The notes under the pieces are model-generated. The model was not told where the DNA came from. It did no database searches and worked only from the letters and a program-made list of their open reading frames with translations. The translations under genes and the position numbers were made by a program. A DNA stretch of 64,000 nucleotides, taken from the sequence record LR745208.1; one strand, written 5' to 3'. This document shows positions 55,601 through 64,000 of this stretch, in pieces. Positions within the stretch are counted from its first letter, which is position 1. Every line of letters starts with the position of its first letter.

Positions 55601-57866
55601 CACCAATACCAGGGGGAAAGTAAGCCGTAGAATTGTAACTTTGCAAGCCCATAGGGGCAAGCTGCCTCGGGGCAGCTTTGTAAGCATCGAGTGGACAGGG
55701 GAAGCTCCTCCTGATTGTGGAGCCATTTACAATGTGAAGAACGGAAGGAAGCTGATCAACAGGTATTTCCGAGATTACCAGGAAGCCAGAGATTTTGCGG
55801 TGGTCCTGGCAGCCAAGTTTAACGGCACAATGACCGAGACTTTGTACCTCAACAAGGAAAAGTTGACACTCATAACGGCTTCATCACTATATCCAGGGAT
55901 GATGGTACCTGTTCAAAACGGAAGTCTTGCATCGTGGGGTATAAAGGATATGCTACATATTACGGCATATCGGGAGATGGCTGCCCAATTGGGGTTGGAC
56001 ATCTCGGACCTGAAGCAATCCAAATCTGCAATGCATGAAAGGATCCGGGAAACGCAGGAAGAGAGATGCCTCTCTAACCCTCTCCCGCCCATCAAGGGAT
56101 CCCCTGTATCCCTGGACGGAATTGTAACTGTTGAACCTATAGAGGGGGGTACATATTTTGACATCACAGTAGACAAGGCAGGTAACTTCTTTGGAAATGG
56201 CATTCTGTCCCACAACTGCCAGCACATCATGTTCGGGATGATTGCGGGATATATTGACCCCTCCAACCTCAAGCCAAGAACTGATGGAAAAACATCTGCG
56301 GATACATTTGCCTATATAGGCGACGATAAACAGGCTATATTCGAGTTTCGTGGCGCATTACCAGATGAATTCATCCGCAAATCCGACCTTGTACCAGGGG
56401 GTGAGGGTTTCAAGACCCTTCTCATGGAGAAGAACTATCGCTCTGGTAGCAAAATCGTCGATGCTGCCAACAAGCTGATATCCTTCAACTCCAAGCAGAT
56501 CCCAATGACATGTACCACGGACCCCTCCCGTGGAGAGGGGTCCATTCAGCGAAGGCAAGTTGGCTTCGCTGATGAAGGCCCAGGCATGATGGTGGAACTC
56601 ATCCAAGCTGCCTATGAGGAAGCCAAGGCCAATGGTGAGAACTTGGATGGCTTCTACAAGAAGTATGGGCTAGCAGCCAGGACCAACAGTGAGCTGATTG
56701 GTTACCAGATGGCCATGATTGGTGCTGGTATCCCCTTCCGATCGAAGCGAAACCCACTAGATGGTCCAGCCACCGGCCCCATTGTGGCTTTGTTCAAGCT
56801 GTTCCTTCCAGGGACATCAGTAAAAGACCGGAACGACAGTTTCGTCCGTGGCATGTCGGCCCCCTACTTTGGAATGAGCCCTCATACAGTAAAGAAGAAG
56901 CTCTCCGACCTTGGGGCTGGAGACTTCTACAGGTTCTGTGAGGAGGGTGGGTACAAGAAACTCTACTCCGGATCAGACTACAGAGACCGATTTGTGGCCT
57001 ACCTGGATTACCTCAAGGAAATCAAAAAGCTCTCAGAGAGCGGGGGTAGTGCAGCTCTCCTGAACTTCATCCTGGACTTCCGTGGCCCAGACGGCCAGAA
57101 CTTCGGGGAACAGCTGGCCATTGAAATCAAGAATAGCCCAGAGCAGATGGATGAGGCACAGTTGCTAGCTGATGAGGCTGAGTTGGACGAAGTCACGGAT
57201 AGCATCCTGATCCAACAGGCTTTGAAGCCAGTATCACCCCTATTCGGTGTGGCTGCCCGTTATCCACAGGCTAATGACTTCGTGGAATACGTGAACTCCC
57301 TGTCCATCAAAAACGACAGGAACAACAAAACCGATGATGAGGACGCTGAGGGGACCAAGAACCTCATCACGGTCGATACGGTGCATGGTTGGAAGGGTCT
57401 GGAATGTGACCACCTGTTCCTGCCAATGTCCCAAGGACAGTTCCCCCACAAGAGGTCCATGGGAAGTGACAAACTTCTTGAGTCGGAACGTCGTCTGGCC
57501 TATGTGGCCTTCACGCGGGGTAGAGATTCCGTTACCATCATCGAGCCCACCATGCGCCAGAAAGGGGACAAGGTTGTACCTATAGAGCCCAGTCAGTTTG
57601 TCGGGGAAGCCTGCATTCAGTCCCAAGGGGTCCCTGCCACCTCTCAGGAAGTTGCTGGAGATGAAGACGTGGACGAAAGGGATGCCGAGGATGAGCCCAC
57701 ATCCAGGATGGCCAGGGTAAAGAAAGCTCTCCGTACTGGCCAGGACAGCATGTTCCTTATGCCTATCTTGGAAAAAACGGCTGATGATGATCTCATTGCC
57801 GAAGAGGAGCCCGAAGAGAAAACGGCTGACGATGACCTCATCGCAGCTTGGGAAGCGGGGATCTGA
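52641..57866 (+). CDS. uvrD: Giant UvrD/Rep (SF1) helicase with long N-terminal extension, insertions and an intein
   Basis: ASGAGSGKT, GTTHAIA, LIDEAQD, IGDDKQAIFEFRGA, KNYRS, TVHGWKGLE, ESERRLAYVAFTRG; SD AGGAG before GTG. Confidence 0.92.
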   Translation: MDIDAKDFVDYATFYVALSSVDELIATLTTAGEEKPTEYSGLDLLVLQNQRLDADRFIRMIAPSLDSAIDILVRDMAEKANLRIKIRIDMALKGSPVSGYAKRRDLLLFFLGRMKAHNNKLREDLEAVGTKATALVRAASLSSPLSRLFEVASIQSASGRNNKLKQWAIKASGLCGNAVSEEEVLANELQEVKSLVDEIQAADRKLVTRDPGDSEAAEIAEVKADLKSTLKEAIEQSSDPNAVKLAVATQINDSAKTPYLTKVGAAIKGGLSPAQEEQVMARGKLIIASGAGSGKTRVLASKVVYHMQELGQGPGSVMAVSFSIKSSAELKKRVFDYAEKAGLNLPKSGDYPGFGTTHAIARMVLNSSGRYRISAGDRGGDKSESAIKGGELNKLIKVAIEQVKMSARSTPSIPKDAMTFFPNLGNIATPSINNESNVKAPIDVPVQEPSPIEVYLEDANGYASLIDTALQALRSSQQGVLKVEGKSLSTRFGPKTLITIRGPGVKQFYNELSRMRTPDGNQTKYEKANPQYRTPDQFQIWAGPNANIEATRAFIDKYLGLGTIQNSIDALLSLKGKDPKDITDSERGILQTIVTQPVVASKLKSTNMAVKTAADENGNEPAFEDSGEMDAYEAQGIQKMKQNTTDPYYYWLNNPAGQWFNIGASASDFEKEDDKGTKKKVPLSVFARFIGINKNTLVAPGQTFVDAEKPQDGASAEDDEREEQEGGVSSRILAAVYGAYEWLKTNSTPTKGRLDYDDQLIQAARVLSENPQLLKRLQTQYKTVLIDEAQDLNKCVHGDTVVTTRSGTKMVKDLTIGEDVLSLEAGRIEFHRILAKADSSWTRGYRITTATGRTLTMSPDHQIYATDIERVPEGQMALYMMYRKDMGFRLGTSTRPTHRTKGGSNSRAAAEHADAMWILEMGTPEDILYKEQAYSLKYGVPTYIYEGYNHGCDQPRIDKLFQEFGKNGLSLLQKYDLDPRFPHWTNSTNTRGKVSRRIVTLQAHRGKLPRGSFVSIEWTGEAPPDCGAIYNVKNGRKLINRYFRDYQEARDFAVVLAAKFNGTMTETLYLNKEKLTLITASSLYPGMMVPVQNGSLASWGIKDMLHITAYREMAAQLGLDISDLKQSKSAMHERIRETQEERCLSNPLPPIKGSPVSLDGIVTVEPIEGGTYFDITVDKAGNFFGNGILSHNCQHIMFGMIAGYIDPSNLKPRTDGKTSADTFAYIGDDKQAIFEFRGALPDEFIRKSDLVPGGEGFKTLLMEKNYRSGSKIVDAANKLISFNSKQIPMTCTTDPSRGEGSIQRRQVGFADEGPGMMVELIQAAYEEAKANGENLDGFYKKYGLAARTNSELIGYQMAMIGAGIPFRSKRNPLDGPATGPIVALFKLFLPGTSVKDRNDSFVRGMSAPYFGMSPHTVKKKLSDLGAGDFYRFCEEGGYKKLYSGSDYRDRFVAYLDYLKEIKKLSESGGSAALLNFILDFRGPDGQNFGEQLAIEIKNSPEQMDEAQLLADEAELDEVTDSILIQQALKPVSPLFGVAARYPQANDFVEYVNSLSIKNDRNNKTDDEDAEGTKNLITVDTVHGWKGLECDHLFLPMSQGQFPHKRSMGSDKLLESERRLAYVAFTRGRDSVTIIEPTMRQKGDKVVPIEPSQFVGEACIQSQGVPATSQEVAGDEDVDERDAEDEPTSRMARVKKALRTGQDSMFLMPILEKTADDDLIAEEEPEEKTADDDLIAAWEAGI
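55023..56216 (+). mobile_element. Intein in UvrD just after motif II (398 aa) with non-LAGLIDADG internal domain
   Basis: DEAQDLNK|CVHGDT ... ILSHN|C; block B LTMSPDH; no LAGLIDADG blocks seen. Confidence 0.88.
57771..57845 (+). repeat. Diverged 30-bp repeat encoding EKTADDDLIA twice (45-nt period)
   Basis: Copies at 57771 and 57816 differ at 5 synonymous positions and have identical amino acids. Confidence 0.85.
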
Positions 57867-57869
57867 GCC

Positions 57870-58718
57870 ATGGAAACTCAACACATTGCAGCCAGCACAT
57901 ATGTCCAGATCACCCGTGAAGAGCTGGAAGAGTGGCTGAACAACATTGGTTACCGGGGGAAATGGGAACGAGATGGCAAAACGGCTGGCGTCTACCTGAT
58001 ATCCCTCAGTGACAGTGTGGCAATCAAGCTATCCTCAACGATTGGAAGCACGGATGACGCCATGGGTCGTGGGCAAGCCTCCATGCAGCTGGCACTGGTC
58101 AGCAAGATCACTGGCCGGGTGGTCAACAAGAAGGCCCAAGGCCAGTCCCACTTTGCACGTACCAAGGGTTGGATGACCAACTGGGAACGTGGTGTGGACA
58201 CCATGAAGCGGGCCTACATGCCCTCCTCCGACTTCTATGATGCCATTGCGGCAATTCCCGATAGGGACAAGTACAAGCAAGATGTACTAGCCAAGATCGA
58301 GCAAGTCCCTGGATGGGGGGCCAACAACTACTTCATCAACCTGCACCAGAAGGTCGAGAAGGATGGTGTGCTCATGCCTGCGGACTGGCGTGCCCTAGAG
58401 GGTGGCCTCAAGCGTCAGGCTCCCAAAGAGAATCCACAGGCTACTCCCCCAAGTGATCCCCAGCAGGAACCAATCACCAAGAGGGAGGAAGTCCAGCAAA
58501 CCATCAACTTCAATGAGCAGAAGGTGCAATCCCTTAGGGACTTGTATGTTGCTGCCAAACGGTCAGGCGACGAATGGACTCAGAACTTCGCGGTCTCCAT
58601 TGGACAACAGCTCAAATCGGGCAGGAACCTCTCAGCCCCACAGATCCTATTGGTCAAAAAGAAGCTCGATATCTTCCGGGTCCCCTCGAACGGGAAGCCT
58701 GCTTCAGACCTGTTCTAG
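57870..58718 (+). CDS. Hypothetical protein, 282 aa
   Basis: Clean ORF 3 nt after uvrD. Confidence 0.7.
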   Translation: METQHIAASTYVQITREELEEWLNNIGYRGKWERDGKTAGVYLISLSDSVAIKLSSTIGSTDDAMGRGQASMQLALVSKITGRVVNKKAQGQSHFARTKGWMTNWERGVDTMKRAYMPSSDFYDAIAAIPDRDKYKQDVLAKIEQVPGWGANNYFINLHQKVEKDGVLMPADWRALEGGLKRQAPKENPQATPPSDPQQEPITKREEVQQTINFNEQKVQSLRDLYVAAKRSGDEWTQNFAVSIGQQLKSGRNLSAPQILLVKKKLDIFRVPSNGKPASDLF

Positions 58719-58734
58719 TTGGTATGGTTAGACT

Positions 58735-58899
58735 ATGAAGTGGTTCAATGTCTTGCTGGCCCTTATAGGCACGCTTGCGTCCATAGCTTGCCTTGCCCTG
58801 CTGTTTGCGCAGGACTCCCCCAAGTGGGTGTTCTTTGTGCTCACTACCCTCTATGGTATCTCGCGCATCATTGATGCTTGGAATGAGATTACGGTCTGA
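58735..58899 (+). CDS. Small two-TM membrane protein, 54 aa (not in ORF track)
   Basis: Manual translation MKWFNVLLALIGTLASIACLALLFAQDSPKWVFFVLTTLYGISRIIDAWNEITV*. Confidence 0.55.
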   Translation: MKWFNVLLALIGTLASIACLALLFAQDSPKWVFFVLTTLYGISRIIDAWNEITV

Positions 58900-58910
58900 A
58901 GATAGCACAA

Positions 58911-58938
58911 TGCTCGGAATGGGAATCCATCCCGAGCA
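58911..58938. terminator. Hairpin between convergent genes
   Basis: TGCTCGG...ATGG-GAAT-CCAT...CCGAGCA inverted repeat between stops at 58899 and 58960. Confidence 0.45.
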
Positions 58939-58959
58939 CCTGCTTGATTTTCTACTTGG

Positions 58960-59451
58960 CTAGACCGTTGTGGGGACTTCAACGGGTGGTGTAGGGGCCA
59001 CCTCTGTTGTTGTGGTTGTTGTTACTGCAACCTCTGCGGCGACCACTGGAGCCACTGGAGCCTCAACGGAGGGGGCCACTACCACCACCGTTGCGGCAGG
59101 TGCCTCAACAACTGGTGTTGCAGCCGGGAGGGTTCCTGCCGCCACTACTACTGGCTTGATGCCTAGCATGTCCTTCAGGGCAAGTTCCCAGAAGGCTGTT
59201 GCCAGACCCCCAGAGAGCAGTCCAGTTTGTAGAACATCGGCTACAGGAGTCCCTCCCATGAGGCTGCTTCCAATCGAGAGAAGCATACCTAGTCCTAGGG
59301 CTACCCAAGGCACGTACTTGGCTCCGACTTTGTCTTTCAGGCCTGCCTTGTTGGCAAAGTGAACGAGAAACACAATCACAAACCCAGCCACAAGGGGCCA
59401 CTGTTTGTGTGTAAGCGCGGAGATGAAGGAATCCATGAGAGACGGGTCCAT
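58960..59451 (-). CDS. Holin-like membrane protein with Ala/Val/Thr/Pro-rich tail
   Basis: Two to three hydrophobic segments (WPLVAGFVIVFLV; VPWVALGLGMLLSIG; GLLSGGLATAFWEL). Confidence 0.55.
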   Translation of the reverse strand: MDPSLMDSFISALTHKQWPLVAGFVIVFLVHFANKAGLKDKVGAKYVPWVALGLGMLLSIGSSLMGGTPVADVLQTGLLSGGLATAFWELALKDMLGIKPVVVAAGTLPAATPVVEAPAATVVVVAPSVEAPVAPVVAAEVAVTTTTTTEVAPTPPVEVPTTV

Positions 59452-59466
59452 TGTACGTGCCTACTT

Positions 59467-62400
59467 TCAGACGGTGAAGGGGGCTGGTTGGGTGGTTGGG
59501 TCAGGAGCTGTGCGAGTCCGGCCGCGATCCATTGGGCGTCCTGGCAACCGGTACCTGTCCGATGCTGCCAGCCCCTCGCCATAGCCTGTTGGAGAGATGA
59601 TGCCGGACAGCGCCACTCCGTTGGTTGCTGTACTTGGAGTGCCATAGATGGCCTGAGTGAGAATCAACATCTGAATCTCATCCCCCTCCGTCCTGGTGGA
59701 GGCAACCCCAAAGGCATCCTCATGGTAGTTCCTGACCAAGAGTGCCTTGCAGGACAACACTGCCCCCTTGAGGACAGGCTGAAGAGCGGGTTGGAATGTA
59801 TCACTGGCCCATGTCAAAGGCCCTCCAGGAGCGACGCCAGAGAGCATGAAGGCTGCCCCTCCCCCACGGAAGATCCGATAAGCATGGGAGCCACCTGGGG
59901 TCGCTAGCGTGTAGGGAGTGTACTGCAACACCCCACCATCGGACATGGCCAGAATGGCCCCGGGTTCTCCCAGGAACCGGGTGTATTCAAACCCACCACT
60001 GGTGAGGGGCACGTTAGCATACACCGATCGGACTCCTCCGAAGTATGACCTCAGAGACGTTGAGGTATCGTTCAGGATGTTCTCAGACAGGAAGTCCGAG
60101 TCGGAGACCAGGATTCCTAGTGGGAGACGCTCCGTCATACCCGTCAGGGATATCACCGAGTTTCCAAGGCCACCATTCACGGGTACGTCCACCCCGCCAC
60201 TGAAGAAGGATGATGTGTAAGCAGTTGGGCCAGTTGTCACGTCTGCCATTGCCAAAGTGAGAACTGGGGCTGCCGTTGGAGCGATACCCGTGCGAAGAGC
60301 AACTCGATAGGTGTTACCGAGGGAGCCCCTTACCTTTGCGGTGATAGTGACGGTAGCTCCAGAAACCTCTGCCCTCACATAGGGCGCCGTGTTGACAAGA
60401 TCCCCATTGATGGTGTTCGCCAGATTACTCGCCATGTCCTCATTAGAAGCAGGAGCTGGTCCCGAAAAGGGTGCCGTTATCTCAAGGAACGCAAGACCCA
60501 TTGTCAGGGCCACCTTAAGGTCCCCAGTATCAGCCTTCAGGTAATCTCGGATCGTGACCGAAACTGAGGCGAAACTGTCATTAGCCTCTTGTCCTTGTGT
60601 GAAAGCCATGGGCAACACACGCCATGCTGGGTCTGAACCAGAGGTTGGCAGCCTTCCCAACCTGCCTGCCACGGGATCTGTAAACCCACAATCAATGGAA
60701 GTACCAGACCACATGGAGCCACCAATTTTACCAGTACCCAATGTGGTATAGAAATCCATGGATGCCAGAACCTCTAGCGCCCTAGCATTGGGACGTGTTA
60801 CCGTCATGGCCCCTGAAACACTGTCGAACTGTTGGATCGTGGTCCCCAAAGACACTGCACTTGCCTGTGGGATCTGGCCATAGCGGGCCATGTAATCCGC
60901 TTCCTGGAGGGTACTGCCATCCCTGGTCATGTAGGGATCTCCCTGATAAACTGTACGATTGTACACCTCATACAGAGCATCCCCACGTGGGGAGGCCGCG
61001 GGGAGAATCATGTCCACGCCAATCAACTCATAGGTATCTGTGTCCACCACCACGATGCCGGTTCCAGTTGATCTCCTTGCAAGGACATAGTTGTTCTTGT
61101 TGATGAACCCCTCGGCGAACCCAAACACCACACACTCAACTACGTAGTTGAAGCTATCGAAGGTCTCGACACCTGTGTATGCTGGGGCAAGTGAGATGTC
61201 GATGGCTGAATCGGGGACGATGTAGGTATGCGAGTCTTGAAGGTTCGTGGTATCATTACCACCCCCCTGACGGATGAAGAGGGTCTGCTTAGATGCCCCA
61301 GTACGCAAGAGATTAACTGCGGACACCCCAGAGAGGCTCCCGAGCACACGAGTGAGCCGATCATTCTGGAACCCACCTATGTAGGTGGGGTCTAGGTTGT
61401 TGAGGAAGTCATTGTACTCATACACCCCATAGAGACGGGCGATCCCATGATAGGGAGGCAGCTCAATGCCATGCATTCCTACCCCAAGGTCAGAAGATAC
61501 GACCCCCGATAGGAACTGCTTCCGTGCCCCGTAGGCAGAATGTGGGGCCCCCCCTACAGTTCCCGACTGACCATACAGGATGGCCCCGTTGTTGGTCGAG
61601 AATAGAATCGACTGAACCAATGCTGAGCCTGGAGGTCCCGGGTTTGTCTTTCCGCCAATGATGTAGAATGTTGGGGAGCTGGCATTAGAGCCATCCGCGA
61701 ACAAATGATTGATACCTGGATAAATTGGGTCTGTTCCACCTGTGTATGTGTGGTAAGGGATGTCTTGACGACCAAACCTCGGTGCATACTCAGGAGGCAG
61801 TGCATACCCCAACGTCTTGTTGGGGGTGAAAAGAGCTAGGTTGTCCTTCAGGGGCCCACCGCCCGGATAGTCCAAAGCCCCAATGAGGGAAGGGACCGTT
61901 GTTACCGCATTGAGTCCCTTGAGGATCATGGGCTTCTTGATCAGGGGTCGGAAAATTACTGTCTTCGACCCAGGGTCAACGAAAACTTCTGCTTCTCGAT
62001 CTTGCTCTGTAAGACCAACAACGACACCCCCATAGGTGGTGGACCCAGAGGGTAGTGCGGGAGCTGACATGCCCTTGGAAGGCAAGCGGTTCCAGAGTTG
62101 GACCTGTGTTGCCCCATACACCCTATCCCCACTCGGGTACCCTGTCTCCGTGACAAACACAGGGTCTAGTGATCCAATGTCATTCCGCACGAAGGTGGCA
62201 GCGGAATTTTTGGCTGAAAATCGAACAATCTGATCTGGCACGCGGGTGCTGGCCCCACGATTAGGGGACCACATTACGTTAGTCGTAATGACAGCCCTGC
62301 TATCTATAGGCACCAATTTCCCCGTTGTTGCCGGGGCATCCGCAGTAGCAATAGGATTTGTGGGTGGGAAAACTGTCCCTCCAGACCATCGCATATCCGT

Positions 62401-64000
62401 GAGAACCACCGCTACGCCAGAAGGTGGATTTGTACTCCCGTTGTCATCCTCGGCATTGATCTCCTGTGAACGGAACTCAATGGTGACTATATTGCCTGTG
62501 TTGTCAAAAGCTATCCAATCCGCAGACAAGGGGCGTACGATCAGACTGTCTGCATTAGCCGCCGCTGCGTGATCTGTATAGGGGGAACCGCCATCCGCGG
62601 CTGCTGTTCCAGCCCCAATAACCTGGAAGGCCCCATTGTTATCTTGGGAATCCTTGTCCCCATACACTACGATGTATAGACCGGATGAGCTTCCAGTGAT
62701 ATCCTTACCATCATTGGTAAGGATATCCCGCAATGTGCGAACACTTCTTCCAAGAGGCAGAAGGTTCACGACGGTGTTGAAGTCTAGCCCCGTTGCCCGA
62801 ATGGTGCCTATTGCGGCCGTAACAGAAACGAAATTGGCAGCATTGGCCACAACGGTCGCGGCCACCGCTGCATTAAGAATCCCACCGAGAACAATGAAGG
62901 GGGACTCAAAATTCGTAGCAGCCAAAGGATACATTGGGCCTGGATGCTCGAAGGCATCCTCCCCAAAACCTCCTGGAGAGGTAACCATTGCCGCCCGATA
63001 GCCATTTTGACTTTCTGTGGGAAGTGCTCCACCTACACCATTACCTGACACACCCCCAACGAAGCGTAGCTTCCATGGGTACTGAGTTCCGACGAGGGAG
63101 TCTGTGTTCTGAAGATATACTTCAGCGGGAGACAAGAAACGAACGGACTCCTGTCCCCCCACCAAACCTGCATGAGCACCATCATTTCCTGTGGCCCCAC
63201 CAATGTCCATGAAGATAACAGACCCATTGGTCCAACCTTGTACTACCCCGACCCCCAAATTGAGGAACCCATGGGGTTGGAAATCTGCCCCCACAGCCCA
63301 CTTGGAAGAAACAGTTGCATCAAATGTTGTTGCCGTGATGTGGTTGGCGTCCAGAGTCACTCCAGGGTCGAGGATATTCGTGATGTCACCCTGTATTGCT
63401 GCACTGTCTGACCACACCGTACGAATGCCATCCGGCCCATCTACCACGTCCACTTGTGTGGGGGCCGGGAAGGGAACAGCACTGGGGGCCTGTAGGTAAG
63501 AAACCTCAGTGGTAACCGTGCCCACAGTATCCCCGCCAGTACCGGCCTTCTTCCACGAAGAGTGCAAGTTATTCTGGACCAGTGCCGCCACACCATTCTG
63601 AAGAAGACGGGTGTAGTCCCAGTCACCGAAGTTCACGGACCGGCGAAGGTCAATAATGTCTGTAATGTCAATCTGATCAGCATACAAACCGTCCGGATTG
63701 GTGTTGTACAGCCGAAGGGCCGAGCCAGCGGCATGATACTTAGCCATCGTCCCAGCACGTCCACGACCAGCAGCATCAATGAAAATGTCACTCGGATGCC
63801 CCCCCGGATCGGAGTTCACATTGATGGCGATGACCTCGGCATCAATTCCTTCACCAATGACGAGATACCTACGGGTTGTCCCAATGGGAAAAAGGTCGGC
63901 ATCACCCAATGCTGATGTGCTGTAGTTGGTGAGCGTAACCCACCCTGTCGTTGTATCCAACAAGGCAGCCGTCAAGGAAGCAAGGGCCAGAGTTCGGGCC
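59467..64000 (-). CDS. Very large virion/tail protein, more than 1500 aa, 5' end beyond the window
   Basis: Frame stays open upstream of track start 63975 to the window edge; NPDGLYADQI...DIIDLRR motif shared with the 1076-aa protein. Confidence 0.7.
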   Translation of the reverse strand, partial: ARTLALASLTAALLDTTTGWVTLTNYSTSALGDADLFPIGTTRRYLVIGEGIDAEVIAINVNSDPGGHPSDIFIDAAGRGRAGTMAKYHAAGSALRLYNTNPDGLYADQIDITDIIDLRRSVNFGDWDYTRLLQNGVAALVQNNLHSSWKKAGTGGDTVGTVTTEVSYLQAPSAVPFPAPTQVDVVDGPDGIRTVWSDSAAIQGDITNILDPGVTLDANHITATTFDATVSSKWAVGADFQPHGFLNLGVGVVQGWTNGSVIFMDIGGATGNDGAHAGLVGGQESVRFLSPAEVYLQNTDSLVGTQYPWKLRFVGGVSGNGVGGALPTESQNGYRAAMVTSPGGFGEDAFEHPGPMYPLAATNFESPFIVLGGILNAAVAATVVANAANFVSVTAAIGTIRATGLDFNTVVNLLPLGRSVRTLRDILTNDGKDITGSSSGLYIVVYGDKDSQDNNGAFQVIGAGTAAADGGSPYTDHAAAANADSLIVRPLSADWIAFDNTGNIVTIEFRSQEINAEDDNGSTNPPSGVAVVLTDMRWSGGTVFPPTNPIATADAPATTGKLVPIDSRAVITTNVMWSPNRGASTRVPDQIVRFSAKNSAATFVRNDIGSLDPVFVTETGYPSGDRVYGATQVQLWNRLPSKGMSAPALPSGSTTYGGVVVGLTEQDREAEVFVDPGSKTVIFRPLIKKPMILKGLNAVTTVPSLIGALDYPGGGPLKDNLALFTPNKTLGYALPPEYAPRFGRQDIPYHTYTGGTDPIYPGINHLFADGSNASSPTFYIIGGKTNPGPPGSALVQSILFSTNNGAILYGQSGTVGGAPHSAYGARKQFLSGVVSSDLGVGMHGIELPPYHGIARLYGVYEYNDFLNNLDPTYIGGFQNDRLTRVLGSLSGVSAVNLLRTGASKQTLFIRQGGGNDTTNLQDSHTYIVPDSAIDISLAPAYTGVETFDSFNYVVECVVFGFAEGFINKNNYVLARRSTGTGIVVVDTDTYELIGVDMILPAASPRGDALYEVYNRTVYQGDPYMTRDGSTLQEADYMARYGQIPQASAVSLGTTIQQFDSVSGAMTVTRPNARALEVLASMDFYTTLGTGKIGGSMWSGTSIDCGFTDPVAGRLGRLPTSGSDPAWRVLPMAFTQGQEANDSFASVSVTIRDYLKADTGDLKVALTMGLAFLEITAPFSGPAPASNEDMASNLANTINGDLVNTAPYVRAEVSGATVTITAKVRGSLGNTYRVALRTGIAPTAAPVLTLAMADVTTGPTAYTSSFFSGGVDVPVNGGLGNSVISLTGMTERLPLGILVSDSDFLSENILNDTSTSLRSYFGGVRSVYANVPLTSGGFEYTRFLGEPGAILAMSDGGVLQYTPYTLATPGGSHAYRIFRGGGAAFMLSGVAPGGPLTWASDTFQPALQPVLKGAVLSCKALLVRNYHEDAFGVASTRTEGDEIQMLILTQAIYGTPSTATNGVALSGIISPTGYGEGLAASDRYRLPGRPMDRGRTRTAPDPTTQPAPFTV

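Noticed and set aside
364-63915. Numerous 60-240 aa antisense or nested ORFs in the track
   Set aside because: They lie opposite or inside long motif-bearing genes, have no recognisable motifs, and are expected shadows of GC-rich coding DNA.
1-64000. Stop-codon reassignment (common in some large phages)
   Set aside because: Long genes are uninterrupted in the standard code, and TAG, TGA and TAA all end genes right at the next gene's start.
1-64000. tRNA/rRNA genes, CRISPR arrays, reverse transcriptase (DGR/retron)
   Set aside because: No cloverleaf/T-loop context, repeat-spacer array or RT motifs seen by eye; there is little intergenic space. A tRNAscan/Infernal run would be needed to exclude them fully.

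Overview
This window is a gene-dense segment of what is most likely a large (jumbo-type) contractile-tailed phage genome in the standard genetic code; the host cannot be determined. Layout: (1) 1.7-21.5 kb, a minus-strand baseplate/tail module (gp25-like, baseplate J-like and several 1.0-1.8 kaa virion proteins) interrupted by a PIN-PhoH gene. (2) 21.5-36 kb, an accessory region with a GIY-YIG endonuclease, two paralogous His-Me/HNH endonucleases flanking a nucleotidyltransferase, a phosphoesterase, modular K/R-x-A-motif proteins (zincin plus GNAT), a tandem cold-shock protein, an IsrB/omega-RNA (OMEGA) locus and an orphan DNA methyltransferase. (3) 36.7-57.9 kb, a replication module: family A DNA polymerase, primase Zn domain, a second methyltransferase, DnaB, a DnaC-like protein, SNF2 and a giant UvrD, with five inteins in four genes. 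(4) 59-64 kb, a holin-like gene and another large virion protein running off the end. The most notable observations are the phage-borne IsrB-omegaRNA with no visible right end, coupled to a tandem CSD gene; a standalone LeuRS C-terminal-domain-like protein; and an exact 127-bp tandem duplication that splits a zincin-GNAT gene. All calls come from motif recognition by eye; no database searches were run. No tRNA, rRNA or CRISPR array was seen.
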